Notes under the pieces: generated by a model
Databases searched by the model: none
What the model saw: only the letters and a program-made list of their open reading frames with translations
Told to the model about the DNA's origin: nothing
Source of the DNA: Haliotis cracherodii
Taxonomy: Eukaryota
NCBI RefSeq assembly: GCF_022045235.1
Contig: NW_027266267.1
Coordinates: 38,750,001 to 38,814,000 of the forward strand
Length of the DNA stretch: 64,000 bases
Direction of reading: 5' to 3'
Position numbers and translations under genes: made by a program
In this document: positions 13,208 to 27,486 of the stretch, piece by piece
Position numbering within the stretch: the first letter of the stretch is position 1
How the letters are laid out: the number at the start of each line of letters is the position of its first letter

Positions 13208-15585
13208 CACAGATAGGGAAAGTGGTATAGATTTGAGACTCCTTACCGGACATCAAAATGATGTCAGCTTTGATATGACGTCATACCTCTATTATTTTCT
13301 AAATTTGTTATGAATGAATGACTCGCCCCTGCTCTAAGTCCTATTATGGCTATGAGTGATTGCGTGAGTGAGTATGGTTTTACGCCGCCTTTAGCAAGGT
13401 TCCAGCGATTTGATGGCGGGGGACACCGGAAATGGGCTTCACATATTGTACTCATTCGGGGAATTGAATGTGGGTCTTCGGAACGTTTTAACCACTAGGC
13501 TAGCCCACCGACCTACCACAGATCTGTATCTTAATACAGATTATACTATCACCACCAACTCGAATTGAGAAATGTCTTACCAAACATACAACATACTCAC
13601 ATATACAATATGTAAGTCTTTTTATATATACAAAATAATTAAACGACAATCATATAGATTTTTACAAAAATACCTGCAAGCCATATACCTCGTACAACAT
13701 AACCAAGGGCACTCAACTGACTGTCATGACGACTTACAGTACCTGAGCTTGACGTACCATGCCTCAGCTGGACTCATGTCATCACCATAATGACGTCCGT
13801 CATCACTCTGGCAATGACACGTTGTCAGCCTAGTAGCATCACACCATTACCTCTGGAACATCACGTCATCTTCCAAAGAAGGCCGCGTCATCCGCCTTGC
13901 ATCGTATGGCGCTATCCATTCAGAGACCAAATACTGAAATTGACAACACAAGATGCAGTCACAAACTGTTTGTTTGTTGTTTAACGCCGTACTCAGCAAT
14001 ATTACAGCTTTATGACGGCAGTCTGTAAATAATAGAGTCTGGACCAGACAATCCAGTGATTGACATCATGAGCATCGATCCACACAATTGGGATCGATGA
14101 CATGCATCAACCAAGTCAGCGAGCCTGACTACACGATCCCTATAGTCGCCTCTTTCGACAAGCATAGTCTCCTTTTACGGCAAGCATGGGTTGCTGAAGA
14201 CATATTCTACCCCGGATCTTCACGGGTCCAGTCCAATACTGGCTGATGTTAAATACTATCGGCCTTACATCAGCAGAAAAGCGGGAAATACATCTTGTTC
14301 AATTTCAGTGTTGTACAACATCCTTCCAATGGCAATTTCATAGTCACTCAAACGGAATTAAAACCATCTCAAGGGATCTCTCTTCAGGCCAGTACGAAAA
14401 GGCACATTTGGCATACTCGCTACAAACACATGTGTGTGCTCTCTTGGCGTATTGTCCCGGTAGAATCGGTCTTCAGCAACCCATGCTTGCCGTAAAAGGC
14501 GACTATGCTTGTCGTGAAAGGCGACTAACGGGATCGGGTGGTTAGGCTCGCTGACTTGGTTGATGCATGTCATCGATCCCAATTGCGTGGATCAATGCTC
14601 ATGATGTCAATCACTGGATTGTCTGGCCCAGACTCGATTATTGACAGACCGTCGTCATATTGTTGGAATATTGCTGAGTGCGGCGTTAAACAACCAACCA
14701 ACCAACGTATTGTCACAAAATGTGTTTAATCAGTCGATATAAAGGTCAATCTCAGTTGGGATTCCGGATCACAATTGATCCCCATGGATCTCTGGTCGTA
14801 GGATAGGGTGGACGGTCAGGCTTTGCGACCTGGCTGATAACGAATCATTGTACACTAAAGGCGTGCAGCGTTGCAAATAATATCAGTCACTGGATTGTCA
14901 GGTCCAGACTCGGTTAATTATAGGCCTTAAGAGACAGTGAGATGAGCTGAAATCGGGTTGTACTTATATAGCGACGTGCATTCACGTGTGTGTGGCACCA
15001 GTGAAGATCCGGGGTAGAATAGGTCTTCTGCAACCCATGCTTGCCGTAAAAGGCGACTTTTCTCGTCGTAAGAGGCGACTAACGGGATCGGGGGGTCAGG
15101 CTCGCTGACTTTGTTGATGCATGTCATTGTATCCCCCATTGCGTGGATCATGCAAGTAATGTCAATCACTAGATTGTCTGGTCCAGACTCGATTTTTTAC
15201 AGACTATTTCATATTGTTGGAATATTGCTGAGTGCGGCGTTAAACAACAAACACACATGTAGAAGCATACACGTTGTCACATATTGGTAAATATCAAGTG
15301 AATAATTACTTAGGTTGACTGACGTCGGTCCTCGGGAACACAAGTCACATCTACTCCATTAAACATAACAAGCTTGTTTATATCTAATTGGATGGTGGTA
15401 GCTTTGTCAATTCTACAAACTGTCACCCTTAATGGGTTTCCCCTACCCAGCCTGATTTCCTTGACAATAACATGACACAAACTCACTCATGCATAAGTAC
15501 AAATTAGTCATTAGCTGCATGTTCGCTGTATATGACAACAAGGTTACATCTCACAAAAGATCTGCAGTTGGGTCTCAGGGTTGCC

Positions 15586-15594
15586 TATATAAAG
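15586..15594 (+). promoter_or_regulatory. TATA box of paralog B
   Basis: TATATAAAG 60 nt upstream of the ATG, in a context similar to paralog A. Confidence 0.6.
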
Positions 15595-15645
15595 ACTTGG
15601 TTGGTAGGAGGCGCCACATTTCGGGATCAACTTTGAAACGTCAAG

Positions 15646-18600
15646 ATGGCCGCTGTCTTTCTTTCCGTTCTGTGTGTCCTCTTTTTATCAGCCTTCACGT
15701 CAGCTACTTTCAAGGTCGCTCAACGGAGGCTTCAAACAGCTAGTGTGAGTATGACCATGCAGATCTCAATGATGTACATCGTGTACACATTAATTATGTC
15801 GGGGACCCGAGAAGATCCGGGGTAGAATAAGTCTTCAGCAACCCATGCTTGCCGTAAAAGGCGACTATGCTTGTCGTAAGAGGCAACTAACGGGATCGGG
15901 TGGTCAGGCTTGCTGACTCGGTTGATCCATGTCATCGTATCTCAGTTGCATAGATCGATGTTCATGATGTTAAACATTGGATTATGGATAAACTCGATTA
16001 TTTACAGACCGCCGTCATATAGCTGGAATATTGCTGAGTCAGGCGTTAAACAACAGACAAACAAACACAATAATGTGTGGAAGTTAATTTTACCCAACTA
16101 GTATGATGAAATTCTAATGTATTATTTAATGGTAAGATGACAATGATGGAGCTAGCATTTAGGGAACTGTTGAGAAGGCAGTCAAGGAGATTCTTTATTC
16201 GAAAAATCTTGAGGTGAGTTGAAATCTGGTTTAACGTCACGTCCAAGATTATTGCACTTATATAGCGACATGCATGTACGTGTGTGTGTGGCTGCTTGTG
16301 CAGGTCCCGACTGATGCCGATTTAAAGTGCCAGCTCACTGAGATACCATGCCGCAGTTTAAAATGAATAACCCACTCAGACACAGTATACTGACTCCGAG
16401 CCGACCAGTCTTTGTTTTTGCCCCTTAATGCCGAGCGCCAAGCAGGGTAACAACAAGTACCATATTTTAAGACCTTTTGGTAAGACGCGACCGGGGTTCG
16501 AACCCTGGACCTTTCGCTCTCCGGGCGGACGCTCTACCACTACACCACGGAGGCGGTCGAAAAACTTGAAGAGAGATATAGTGTATATACAGCAATTATA
16601 TTCAGTTCCTGCTTTAATGTTAAGATTTCAAAAGTTTCACCGCACGAAAATAATATGATGTTTTGTTATGTAGATATCAACACTGGACTACGTATGATAA
16701 GGCACTACTTTATGAAGCAAGATTCACCGGAATCGAGTCCACTCCAATATTGCTCATTGGCGATAGATGTATTTCGTAATAAATAACTTAACAATTAGTG
16801 TATTCTTTATACCCTAATGCAAACACAAGGCTTTTAAACTAGATACCACTATACATACATATACATGTATCACCGAGTCTAGTGAGCGTACATGTTTTAT
16901 ATATCTTATAATATAGATACAGTACGTTGACGTTACAGGCAAAAATTTACATGTATGAAAAGATGTACACTTCTTGAATACTATGTACCACAATTGTATT
17001 GACATTGTATTGATTGTATATATAAATGATGTACCTGCTGAGATGAATAAAGAAGGAAAAAATATCTTATGATATAGTTCGATTAATTTGATTCTAAATG
17101 ATCGCAAACAATGATCTTTTCCTTTCATGATTCGGTCATGTTCGACGATGTTGTGAGGTGTTCGGTTGTGTTCTATGCCATGCCATCGTGTGGAAAACGT
17201 AAAACCGTCAATGGGTTTGAACGTTTCTGGTGAACTTCTCAAGGTCAGGTGACTGGTATTTTGTCAAATGGGAAACGTTTAGATCTTGTGAACTTCACAT
17301 TACAGAATTGATGTGTGACTTTATTCCCTTCCAGGAATGGCAGTTGATCGACTCGTGGACGTTCGAATCAGGCTACGTTCGCTTCAACTACAACATCACC
17401 TTTCCTCGGGTAAGAACGCATCGTGGTCGGCGGCTTATGACGACCTTCCCTGTCATGTCCCAGACGTCATCAATAGGTTTGGTTGGTTGGTTTGTTGTTT
17501 AACGCCGCACTCAGCAATATTCCAGCTACATGACAGCGGTCTGTAAATAACCGTGTCTGGACCAGACAATCCAGTGATTGATATCATGAGCATCGATCCA
17601 CGCAATTGGGATATGATGATATGCATCAACCAAGTCAGCGAGCCTGACCACCTGATCCCTTTAGTCGCTTCTTACGACAAGCAAGGGTTGCTGAAGCGTC
17701 AAACTGACCAGTTGTGTGGTGGGTGGACAGTCCTATATAACACAGATGAAGATTCCTTCATTGGGACGGGTTGAGATGGTGAAGGGGTAGGGGCAGGTGG
17801 GGTGGGTGTGTGGGTGTTTGTTGTCTAAGGGTGCCGCAACTGGCTGTGCAGAGTCTCGTCCCTTGGGCACGCCAGAACCGTCGGGTCACACTGATTATGT
17901 TTCAAGGTTTGTCAAGACCATACCCGAGCTTGTACATGTAGGTTGCACCCACATCATGCTGACACGCCGTGTTGTAACTGGACTTTTGTTCGAGTGGCGT
18001 TGAACTCAACTCATCACTTCGCGAGATATGGCCACTGGGCTACCACTGTACCTATCCAGCTGGCACGACGGGGAAAGTATCAATGTTCATGGGGAATCCA
18101 GGACCATAACTACGGATATTATATTATGAATCCTTTTCAAGGACATGTGTCTTATGAATGATATATCACCACAAAATAACACTAACTCTTCTCAAACTTT
18201 TCTTTCCTTCTTTTTAGAGCTATGCCCCCATGAAGTTCCTTTTCTACAAACAAGAACAGTTCTTCCAGGCGAACGAAGGAAGCAAGGTGAGGATTCACAT
18301 CCATGAGATTGTTTTACTGCAGTGTACATGATCTAAGATTCAGCTTGAACCTATTCTGTTCTGGATTCTCCTTTCGGGTGAATTTTAGCGTGATATATAT
18401 GCACTTCGGAAATTCTTGAAATTGTTTCTAAGACTGAGACAAAAATGGACAGACAATTTATTGACCTTTGTTTCCTCCAGAAGAGCAAAGTCCAAGAAAT
18501 AACAATTACGTAGGTTTGGCCAAACCGATGATAATATGTACCATTTGGGAAAATGTATATGGATTGTTAAATGTTTTTAAGTGCAAACCACACACTCACA

Positions 18601-21600
18601 TCAAACATTGAGGGCAAGATCAAACTTTTAGCAACCAATTACTACATAATAACCAGCTACATCACGCGTTCTCTAATGCAAACTGCCGATCGAAAGAAAG
18701 AAAACATGTAAAAATCTTTTAATACATTGGCTAGTGGAGACTGAATTCAGGATGAAAACGATTGCCCAAACACACCCAACATCATCTGACTGTTCGATAG
18801 TCCGTGCAATTTGTGGCGAAAAGATTGTTCGTGATATTGTTATGAAACGGGTCTGTGTGTGACAGCATGAGCTGAAAGTGCATAGCAGATAAGGTGAGGT
18901 GAAATGGGGTTTAACGTCGCGTCAAAGATTTATTGCACTTATATAGCTACGTGCATGTACGTGTGTGTGTTTGTGTGGCTGCTTGTACTAGTCCGATGCC
19001 GATTTATAGTGCTTGCTCACTGAGATACCATACCGCAGTTTTAACACGAATACATCACTCTGACACAGTATACTGACTCCGAGCCGACCAGTCCTTGTTT
19101 TAGCCCCTTAATCCCGAGCGCCAGACGGAGTAAGAACAAGTACCATCTTTTAACGTCTTTCGGTATGACGCGGCCGGGGATCGAACCCCGGACCTTCCGC
19201 TCTCCGGGCGGATGTTCCACCACTAGACCACGGAGGCGGTCTTAAAAACACGCGAGGTTATTAGCAGAACAAAGAGGGGTATGTGTCTTTGAATGCCTCT
19301 GATGGTAACCACGTAGATCCTTTATCGGTCGGGTGCGGCCGACTGATCCCTGCTACAATGACAACCTCAGGGGTATCACCAGACTGGGCACACAATGGGC
19401 AGGCCGGAAGCTGGAGGCCAAATGTGATCACGCCACAGCAGAACCGGCATCTGCGCAACCACTTCCTGACGGTGACGTCATCGGCGTTGACGTGATTTGG
19501 ACGGAGTGTAAACATGATTACACGCTGCTGCCCTTCGTTTTTTAAGCCAGGTCAATGCCAAGCCCAAGGCTGCACGTGTGAGTGAGTGAGTTGGGTTTTA
19601 CGCCGTTTTTAACAGCATTCCAGTTATATCACGGCGTGTCAGATTAATGTGGGAGGAAAGTCCGAATTGATGCAGGTCTTAGACGTCTACCACTTCGGTG
19701 AAACCCACGAGCACGGGTATGGTGCTGACAAACCTAGAACATAATCGAGGCAAACCGGGATTCAAACCTACAATCATAGGTTTCTGGCGTGCCCAAGGGA
19801 TGCATAGCTGCACAGCACATTTTCTTAATAATAAAATAATATTGGAAACCATTTATCGTATCGATTCAGTTCGAAAGTTGGAATTATTTAACTTAAAAGC
19901 AAGTGGACTTGTAACGTAAAACAATCCTCACCGCCAAGGGCACCTAAACGTCTTGAGGCTATTATCATGAAACGACGGGCATATTTTTCCAACATTGGTA
20001 GGCGGTAGGACGAGACGGTAATTATGTGACTGTAAACATTCAAAAGCCTGATGAAGCAGGATCCATTTATTCACTCCCAAATCATCATCATCTTCACCTG
20101 ATTATGTTTAAGGGTTATACCAACGTGTTAATTGTCTTGGACATGCGTCACCTTTGGCTGTCATCCAACACCTAGTTGACATGCCGTGATATAACTGAAA
20201 TGCTCCTCAAATCGGCGTTACATTAAATCTCACTCACTCACGCATGTATGTATGTTTGCTTTTATGACAGTCTTGCGACGAGAAGTTGTCTGTTCTACAA
20301 TTCGGCGCCACCGGTCAGCAAATCCTGAACCTTGACGTTGGAATGACCCAAGCCGGCTGTATGCAGCGTTACGACTCCACCATGGGGGACAGCGTCACCT
20401 GTAACGGCCGCGTTACCTTCAACGTCGATCGTGGTATGATGTGGTACGTGGTGGCCAACAGATGTGGCACAATGAACGGAATCTCGGTACGTGATACACC
20501 TTTACAGCATTTTATCATTACATGATAGCCAGGACGAGTGCATAAATGTATTAACGTTTATTTATGTAAAATGAGTGAACGAGTGAGTGAGTGAGTTTGG
20601 TTTTACGCCGCTTTTAACAACACTCCAGCAATATCACGCCGGGGGACACCGGAAATGGGCTTCACACATTGTACACACGTCGGGAATCGAACCCTGGTCT
20701 TCGGCGTGACAAGCGAACGCTTTAACCATAGGTTACCCGATGGCCCTTTACGTAAAATGAAGAAGGGTTATAGTTACTCTGTAGGGTACAACGTGAAGTG
20801 CCTCAGCATTATAAATAGCCATCGGGTATGAAATGTAAGGACATTATCTCCTATCAATCGTGTGATATGGGTGTAGATGGACCTTATGGCCATTTCCCGC
20901 ATCCCCCTCAATGTAACTTTAAAAACACCAAGTGCTCTTGCTCCACCTTGCTGCAACATCCTTCAGTCATGTCATGGGTTGCTGAAGACCTACTCTACCC
21001 CGGGTCTTCACGGGTGTTCAGTCATGTCATGGGTTGCTGAAGACCTACTCTACCCCGGGTGTTCAGTCATGTCAGACCCGTTGATGGTGGGTTCTAACTC
21101 GCCATCATCACTTCAGATGTTCGGCCCCAATCACGCCTACACGACGCGACCTAATTCACATACTGTTTAATACGGTGAACATGTACATGTACAATCCTCA
21201 CTCACTGAAATAACATTAGATCCGTGTAGGATAGGTCCTCAGCAACCCATGCTTGCCATAAAAGGCGACTATGCTTGTCGTTAAAGGCGACCAACGGGAT
21301 CGGGTGGTCAGACTCGCTGAATTGGTTGATGCATGTCATCGTATCTCAATTGCGTGGATTGATGCTCAGGATGTCAATCACTGGATTTTCTGGCCCCGAC
21401 TCGATTATTTACAGACCGCCGTCATATTGCCGGAATAGTGCTGAATGCGGCGTTAAAAAACAAACAACAACAATCACTGAAATAACAAATATACTAGATA
21501 CATATTTGACGGCACTTCACGTGAAACGTTATGATACTATAACATGAAAGCGAACTAGTTGCGACAAAATCCTTTCCATACAAACAGTTATCTAAGAGTT

Positions 21601-21870
21601 AATATGTTATAAATGCACAATCGGTAATTAATACCAGTCGTTAATTATATTGATAAATTAATTACTGTATTACGAGAGAAGTTGTTGCTTGAACGTCTTC
21701 CTCTCCCTCTGCAGGGCATGGACGTGTGGTTCTACATCGACAACCAGGGGGAGACGGAGGGAGAAACCACCCGGCACCCTGGCTTCCCTACATACTCCGG
21801 CCAATCAAAGGCCACATTCACGGCCTTCACCTTGATTCCCTTCCTCGTGCTTAAACAGTGTCTGGCATAG
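15646..21870 (+). CDS. TMEM145/GPR180 N-terminal domain-only protein, predicted GPI-anchored, paralog B (204 aa); exons 15646-15744, 17335-17409, 18218-18286, 20271-20486, 21715-21870
   Basis: GT-AG phase-0 introns. Internal exon sizes 75/69/216 are identical to paralog A, and the protein is roughly 85% identical to A by eye. AATAAA at 22602-22607. Confidence 0.88.
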
Positions 21871-23442
21871 TTCTCATTGGTTGGCCTCCACACGTATATA
21901 AGAATGAACATATTCCTGACTTCATATTGAATTGTTCCTGAGATATAAAGACCCGTCGGTATTCTAAAACCAACTATAGATCCAAGGCGTCAGAAGTTTG
22001 TTTTTCCTAATTTCGTGAAAAAGCTATCCATGTTAAGCAATTATTAAGCCGAAAGAGATCGACCTTTTCTCGCCTCGTCCCCATATGCCATGTGAGAATA
22101 AGATATATGGATGAACAACTTCCTTATTACAATTAGGAGCGACGTTTCGGTGTAGGTTCTCACACCCTTATTAAGCAATTGTAATAAAGAAGTTGTTCAT
22201 CCATATATCTTACTCTTACTTAGTCCTCCAAATTTTAAATGCATCTCAAAGAAGCAACTATATGCCATTATAGATTCATTAACTGGGTGTATGTAAACAT
22301 TTTTGTTAAGTCCAGTCCATCTTTAAGACAGGATAAAATTTATGTTGATAATGGACACGCCCCTGGATGTCGAGTACCATATAGTGAATAGTTACCTGCA
22401 TAAAACACCTTGTGGATATGAATGTAATTTGATCTCAACACCTAGTTGAGAGGAGAATCGCGCGTTGAAATGTTGCAGTCTGACGTCACCATTGCCATGG
22501 CGACTGACTTCTGAACAGTGTACCTAATACTATTCCGTACCGGTGGCTGTGCATGCACACCCCGTACGAGAACGATAGAGTGTAATTTGTCTGTATATGA
22601 TAATAAACGCTATTTTCCTTACGATTGTTCACGAGTATTTGATTTTGTTATGAAATGTTCACATCAACTTTCAATACTTTCCGCGTAGGAAACAATCAAT
22701 TTGGGGTCGGATAGTTGCTACCTAGATGTGAGAATGATAGGTCTTCAGCAACCCATGCTTGCCGTAAAAGGTGACTATGCTTGTCGTAAAAGGCGACTAA
22801 CGGGATCGGATGGTCAGCCTCGCTGACATGGTTGATGCATGTCATCGTATCCCATTTGCGTGGATCATTTTTCATGATGTCAATCACTGGATTGTCTGGT
22901 CCAGACTCGAGTATTTACAGACCGCCGTCGTATAGCTGGAATATTGCTGAGTGCGGCGTTAAACAACAAACGAACAAAAAATGTTATCGACAACATGACC
23001 AAAGACCCATGCACTTCGCGTCTCTCGTACTACGGATAACTCAGTGGCCCTCGAACCTTAAGTAAACGTTATGTAGAGTAATTGTATTTTGCCATCCCAG
23101 AGAGACAAACATTTGAAAAAGGTGAAAAAATAAAATATATACTCACATGCAAGAGAAACGCAAGTTGTTTTAAGCAAATAGGTAACAAACACGGAACCAT
23201 AAATTGATACGAGTTTTAGCATGTAGTGAAGCCTGATGGTGTTATCAATATCTTTGGTTGCATTTTGGAAGCCCCGAGTAAAAACGCAACATAAAAAACG
23301 AATCGCCAAAACGCACCATTTCAATGAATATGGGGGTATCATGCACCCATTTCTCGCGAAATCGAAAATGCACTAACTGAGATGAACTGTAGTGTGTATA
23401 AACCTGTGGCCGATTCTTGGACCTACCACTCCTTGGTCAACA

Positions 23443-23679
23443 ATGCCATGCCTAACTCAAATTCAGAGAAACCAGGCTATCGGACGTTTGGAAGCTGGAG
23501 AGTCTGTCCAAGATGTTGCCCGTCATGTCAACGTTAACATAACCACAATTTACCGTCTCCTGCATCGATACAATGCTACAGAGACCACAGATGACTTTCC
23601 TCGGAGCGGTCGGCATAGGGTCACCACACCTCGACAAGATCGGCAGATTACCCGTCAACACCAGCAACATCCGGCATAG
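23443..23679 (+). pseudogene. Tc1-like transposase N-terminal HTH fragment
   Basis: MPCLTQIQRNQAIGRLEAGESVQDVARHVNVNITTIYRLLHRYNAT..TDDFPRSGRHRVTTPRQDR, then truncated. Confidence 0.8.
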
Positions 23680-25814
23680 TGACCCACGTTCTGCAAAGGA
23701 GGGTGGGTTCCCCAGTGTTCTATCGTACACACCATAGCGAGGATCTGATGATTACTGGTTCAGATCACCTCTTATTTAGATCATTAAGCTGAGACGCAGT
23801 GATATTACAGACATGCTATACACACGTTAAACACAACATAATCTGTTGTTAAGATATAATCACCAACAAAGTGGTGTTGAAAGTGGATGTCATTCACTGT
23901 GACGAGTCCTTTAGATCAGCTGGTCGTTTCATGTCAAGATCAGTTGGACATGGGTTCGAATCCCATATTCGCCTTGATTAAAATGTTTCGTCTTTCAACC
24001 GTTATTAAAGTGGTCTGTCCCTCAATCAACAGGAAATCAAAATGCAAGTAAATTAATCTTTATTCATTTAAAGGCACCAGCAACAAATATATATTTCCAT
24101 ATGGACATAATTTATACTGAAACACTTTGAAAACACAAAATGGCCTCAAACGTTAAATTGTCTTGTTCTTGGCATGAGATAATCTAACAAAAACAATGTC
24201 GTCGTACGAATTCGAATCTCATTCGATGTTTTTTTAGATAACCTTTTTATTATTCTGATTTCGAGTTGAAGTTGATATTTTGTTATCATTAATATAAGCA
24301 AACATTCAACAATGAACACCTCAGATGTGGCCTTGTTACTTTGGCGAACATTCGACAGCTAACATGTGTAAACATTTTTTTCATGAGAACGTTTTCAATA
24401 ACACTTCGGAAAAGAGGAGTGACTTCTACTTTCCAATAGTCCCTTTTTCCTTTATGTCGATCAATATTTCTGCAGCTCCAGCCTTTGGAGTTTACATTTG
24501 ACAACTTGGTTCTATCGAGGTCTTTCTACGAAAGGTCCAAATGACTCTTGCTCTAGAGATGCTTGATCAGGATTACCACAATCAAGGCCTTACTAAATCT
24601 GTAAACGTGTCTTGGTACTCATGTGGAGTGACAAAATATATCTCTGTTGCAATCCACTATTTGGGCTTGAATAATATGTTCCCGTGAACAATAGATTTGT
24701 CTCTGCAGGTGATACTGACAAGTGTCATCTGTAGAGTAGCATACGCCCAACTTTTCGAGAATACCTAGTATCTTCACTGTAACTACATTGGAAAAATAAA
24801 TAAATAAATAAGATAGTGATTCCTAAACACATGTTCATGATATAGTCGGAATCGGACTATGGAATCTGATTTCAATACAGATTCACATAGAATACAAATT
24901 TCCCTATTCATAACCGAATTTAGTTGGTTTTTATGAAAATGTTATTGTTATTTTCACAGAATTCTTCTTTCCGCAGTGGCAGAGTCTTCATGTAATGTCC
25001 AATTGATTTATTTTTTCAATGTACAGGCAATTTCCATTTTGTGTTTGTGAATACATTATAATAAATCTCATAAATCAAAACAAACACAACATATTAAATG
25101 CATTAACAAACTGTGAAATTAGATTTGTATCTAGCAATCTGGTAGCAATAAATGTGGTAACGTGAATGTGTGTGCTCCAACCATGAATGTTTTGTGAAAA
25201 GAAACATATGCAACATCATAAAATGTCGGTGCCTATCCCACTCAACATGGCTTCATTGAGCATTAAAACATATTCCAATAACAATCTGAAAAAAATGTGA
25301 TATATCAGACCACGTTTTCAAGGCCAATACCGATCATTAATCGGAAGATTATTTGTTCTAGTGCAGAAATACATTTATTCATGAGTAAGTGACTTGTGTT
25401 GTACATTGTTTAAAAGTATTTCAGTTATATCTCATCTCAGATAGACACAACTGGGGAGCAGGGGAGGGGTGGGGTGGAGTTAGGCGATTTTAAACATTCA
25501 GTAGTTTGGTGAAAGCCGGCAGTAGGGGTGTTGGCAAACAAAGTGTCTTAATCTGGTGTCTGGTATTCCAACCATCGATCACGGGATCCGTGGCCCAGAC
25601 AACTTCACGAATGTTTACGTGTTCAGATAGTTTGTAGACTTCTTGTAATATTGAATGATATCGTGTTGCTTACTTATTATTAGGGAAAGGATTTTGTCGC
25701 TTTTATTATTCCATATATTTGGCCAATTTTATTGCTATCTCCATGATCTGTTTTCAATTTTAGAAAATCTCATGCTTTGGTATCATCTGGTTTCGTCTAT
25801 TTCTGATCTTCACT

Positions 25815-27440
25815 TTATTGGCCACCCTCCTTTTCACCACCTTCCGGTTTTGGAACTTCCGGTTTGGGATCCTCCGGTTTTGGGACTTCCGGTTTTGGAT
25901 CCTCCGGTTTTGGAACTTCCGGTTTTGGGACCGGTTTCGTGTCACTCCCAGCCGTGCTAGCATCCACAGCCATACGAGGCAGGACAGGGTCCGCCTTCTT
26001 TCTGACAACAACAAGTGTTATCTTGGCAGTGAGAGCCACAATCGTTAGGCCCAACAGCACAGCCGTGACGATGAAGTTGGCAGTATTTGTAGCAGGCAGG
26101 CTGACCAGAATACCGATCAAGACCCATATGACAACGGCATAGGGGGTGAAGGTATAGCGGGAGTATTTGTCCAGGACAGTCAGGTCAGTTACAGTGTAGG
26201 CAACAAGGAAAGCTGCGATAAAGGCAATAGCAACAGAGGAAGCAGTATTTTGGTTGATGATTGGGTCAGATCGGTAGACCACCAACACAGCCATCGTGAT
26301 GAAAGTAGCCATGGAAGTCCAGGTAGCGTACAGGCCTATACCATTCTGAACCAGACCTCTGATGAGAGCGTCGTCCACCCTGCGATTCTGTTGAACCAGA
26401 ACAGTTCTGTTCTGATACAGAGCTATGTAGGAGATGGCTAGAGATGCAAACAGGGTAACAGAGATGAGAAGCAGAGCAACGAATGATACGGAAACGATGT
26501 CCGTGAAGGCTACTGAGTTGATGGCGATCTGGATAACAAGTGCCAGGAAGTAGATACCAAGGAAGAGCGGGGTCAGGAGCGTTGGGTGAGGGCTGGACCT
26601 GCACACCAGGATCAGAGAGTAGATGATCCAGCTGACCTGCCAAGAGTAGACGAACCAGGCGATGACCAGTGTCCAGCGAGCCGGGTAGACGTCCAACACG
26701 GGAACAACGTTTTGCAGTGCTGGAACTAAGGAAAATATATACTCGTGAAAATTAATAAGTAATCATTCAAATTATAATTACAAAAACGTGTCTATAAAAA
26801 TACATGGACACTAGTAATTAGGTTCATAGCTATATGTGACTGTCATGCAGCCTTCTATGTAGGGACACGTGAAGATCCGGGGTAGAATAGGTCTTCAACA
26901 ACCCATACTTGCCGTAAAAGGCGACTATGCGTGTCGTAAAAGGCGACTAGCGGGATCGGGTGGTCAGGCTCGCTGACTTGGTTGACACATGTCATCGATC
27001 CCAATTGCTTTGGATCGATCCTCATGATGTCAATCACCGGACTGTCCAGATTCGATTATTTACAGACCGCCGTTATATAGCTGGAATATTGCGGAATGCG
27101 GCGTTAAACAACACTCAATCAATCAATGGTATGTAGGCTACCTTTAACGTTAATAGTTATGACGGCACAGTCATTCTGGTTTTAAGGTTACTGGTACTTG
27201 GTCGACATGATAAGATAAGATAGCAGTACTGTTTCGTCACAGCTGTCCAATATGGTTGCTAGTAAAGACCTTACAAAACTCGCGGTTGTAACTTTTATTA
27301 AATCCGTAAAACAACATTCTCTCGCTCTCTGTACCAGGATCATTGCTGTATACGCCGGCGATGAAGACAGTGATAGCAACGATGAAGAGAACGACGATGG
27401 CGGAGTTCAGCGCCAACAGCTGAACGTACTGTTTGTTCAT
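25815..27440 (-). CDS. Uncharacterised multi-pass membrane protein, TspO/MBR (tryptophan-rich sensory protein)-like invertebrate family (338 aa); coding exons 27440-27335 and 26725-25815
   Basis: The ATG exon MNKQYVQLLALNSAIVVLFIVAITVFIAGVYSNDP splices in phase 1 (G|gtacag ... ttccttag|TT) into the 294-aa ORF. About 8 hydrophobic segments, with motifs PARWT...W..IY and NGIGLYATWT..A. An acceptor (ttttgtag) at 27464/27463 implies an upstream non-coding exon. Confidence 0.8.
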
Positions 27441-27486
27441 CTTGAACCCACGGTTTCTTGAGCTACAAAATAATGTGTAATTGTGT

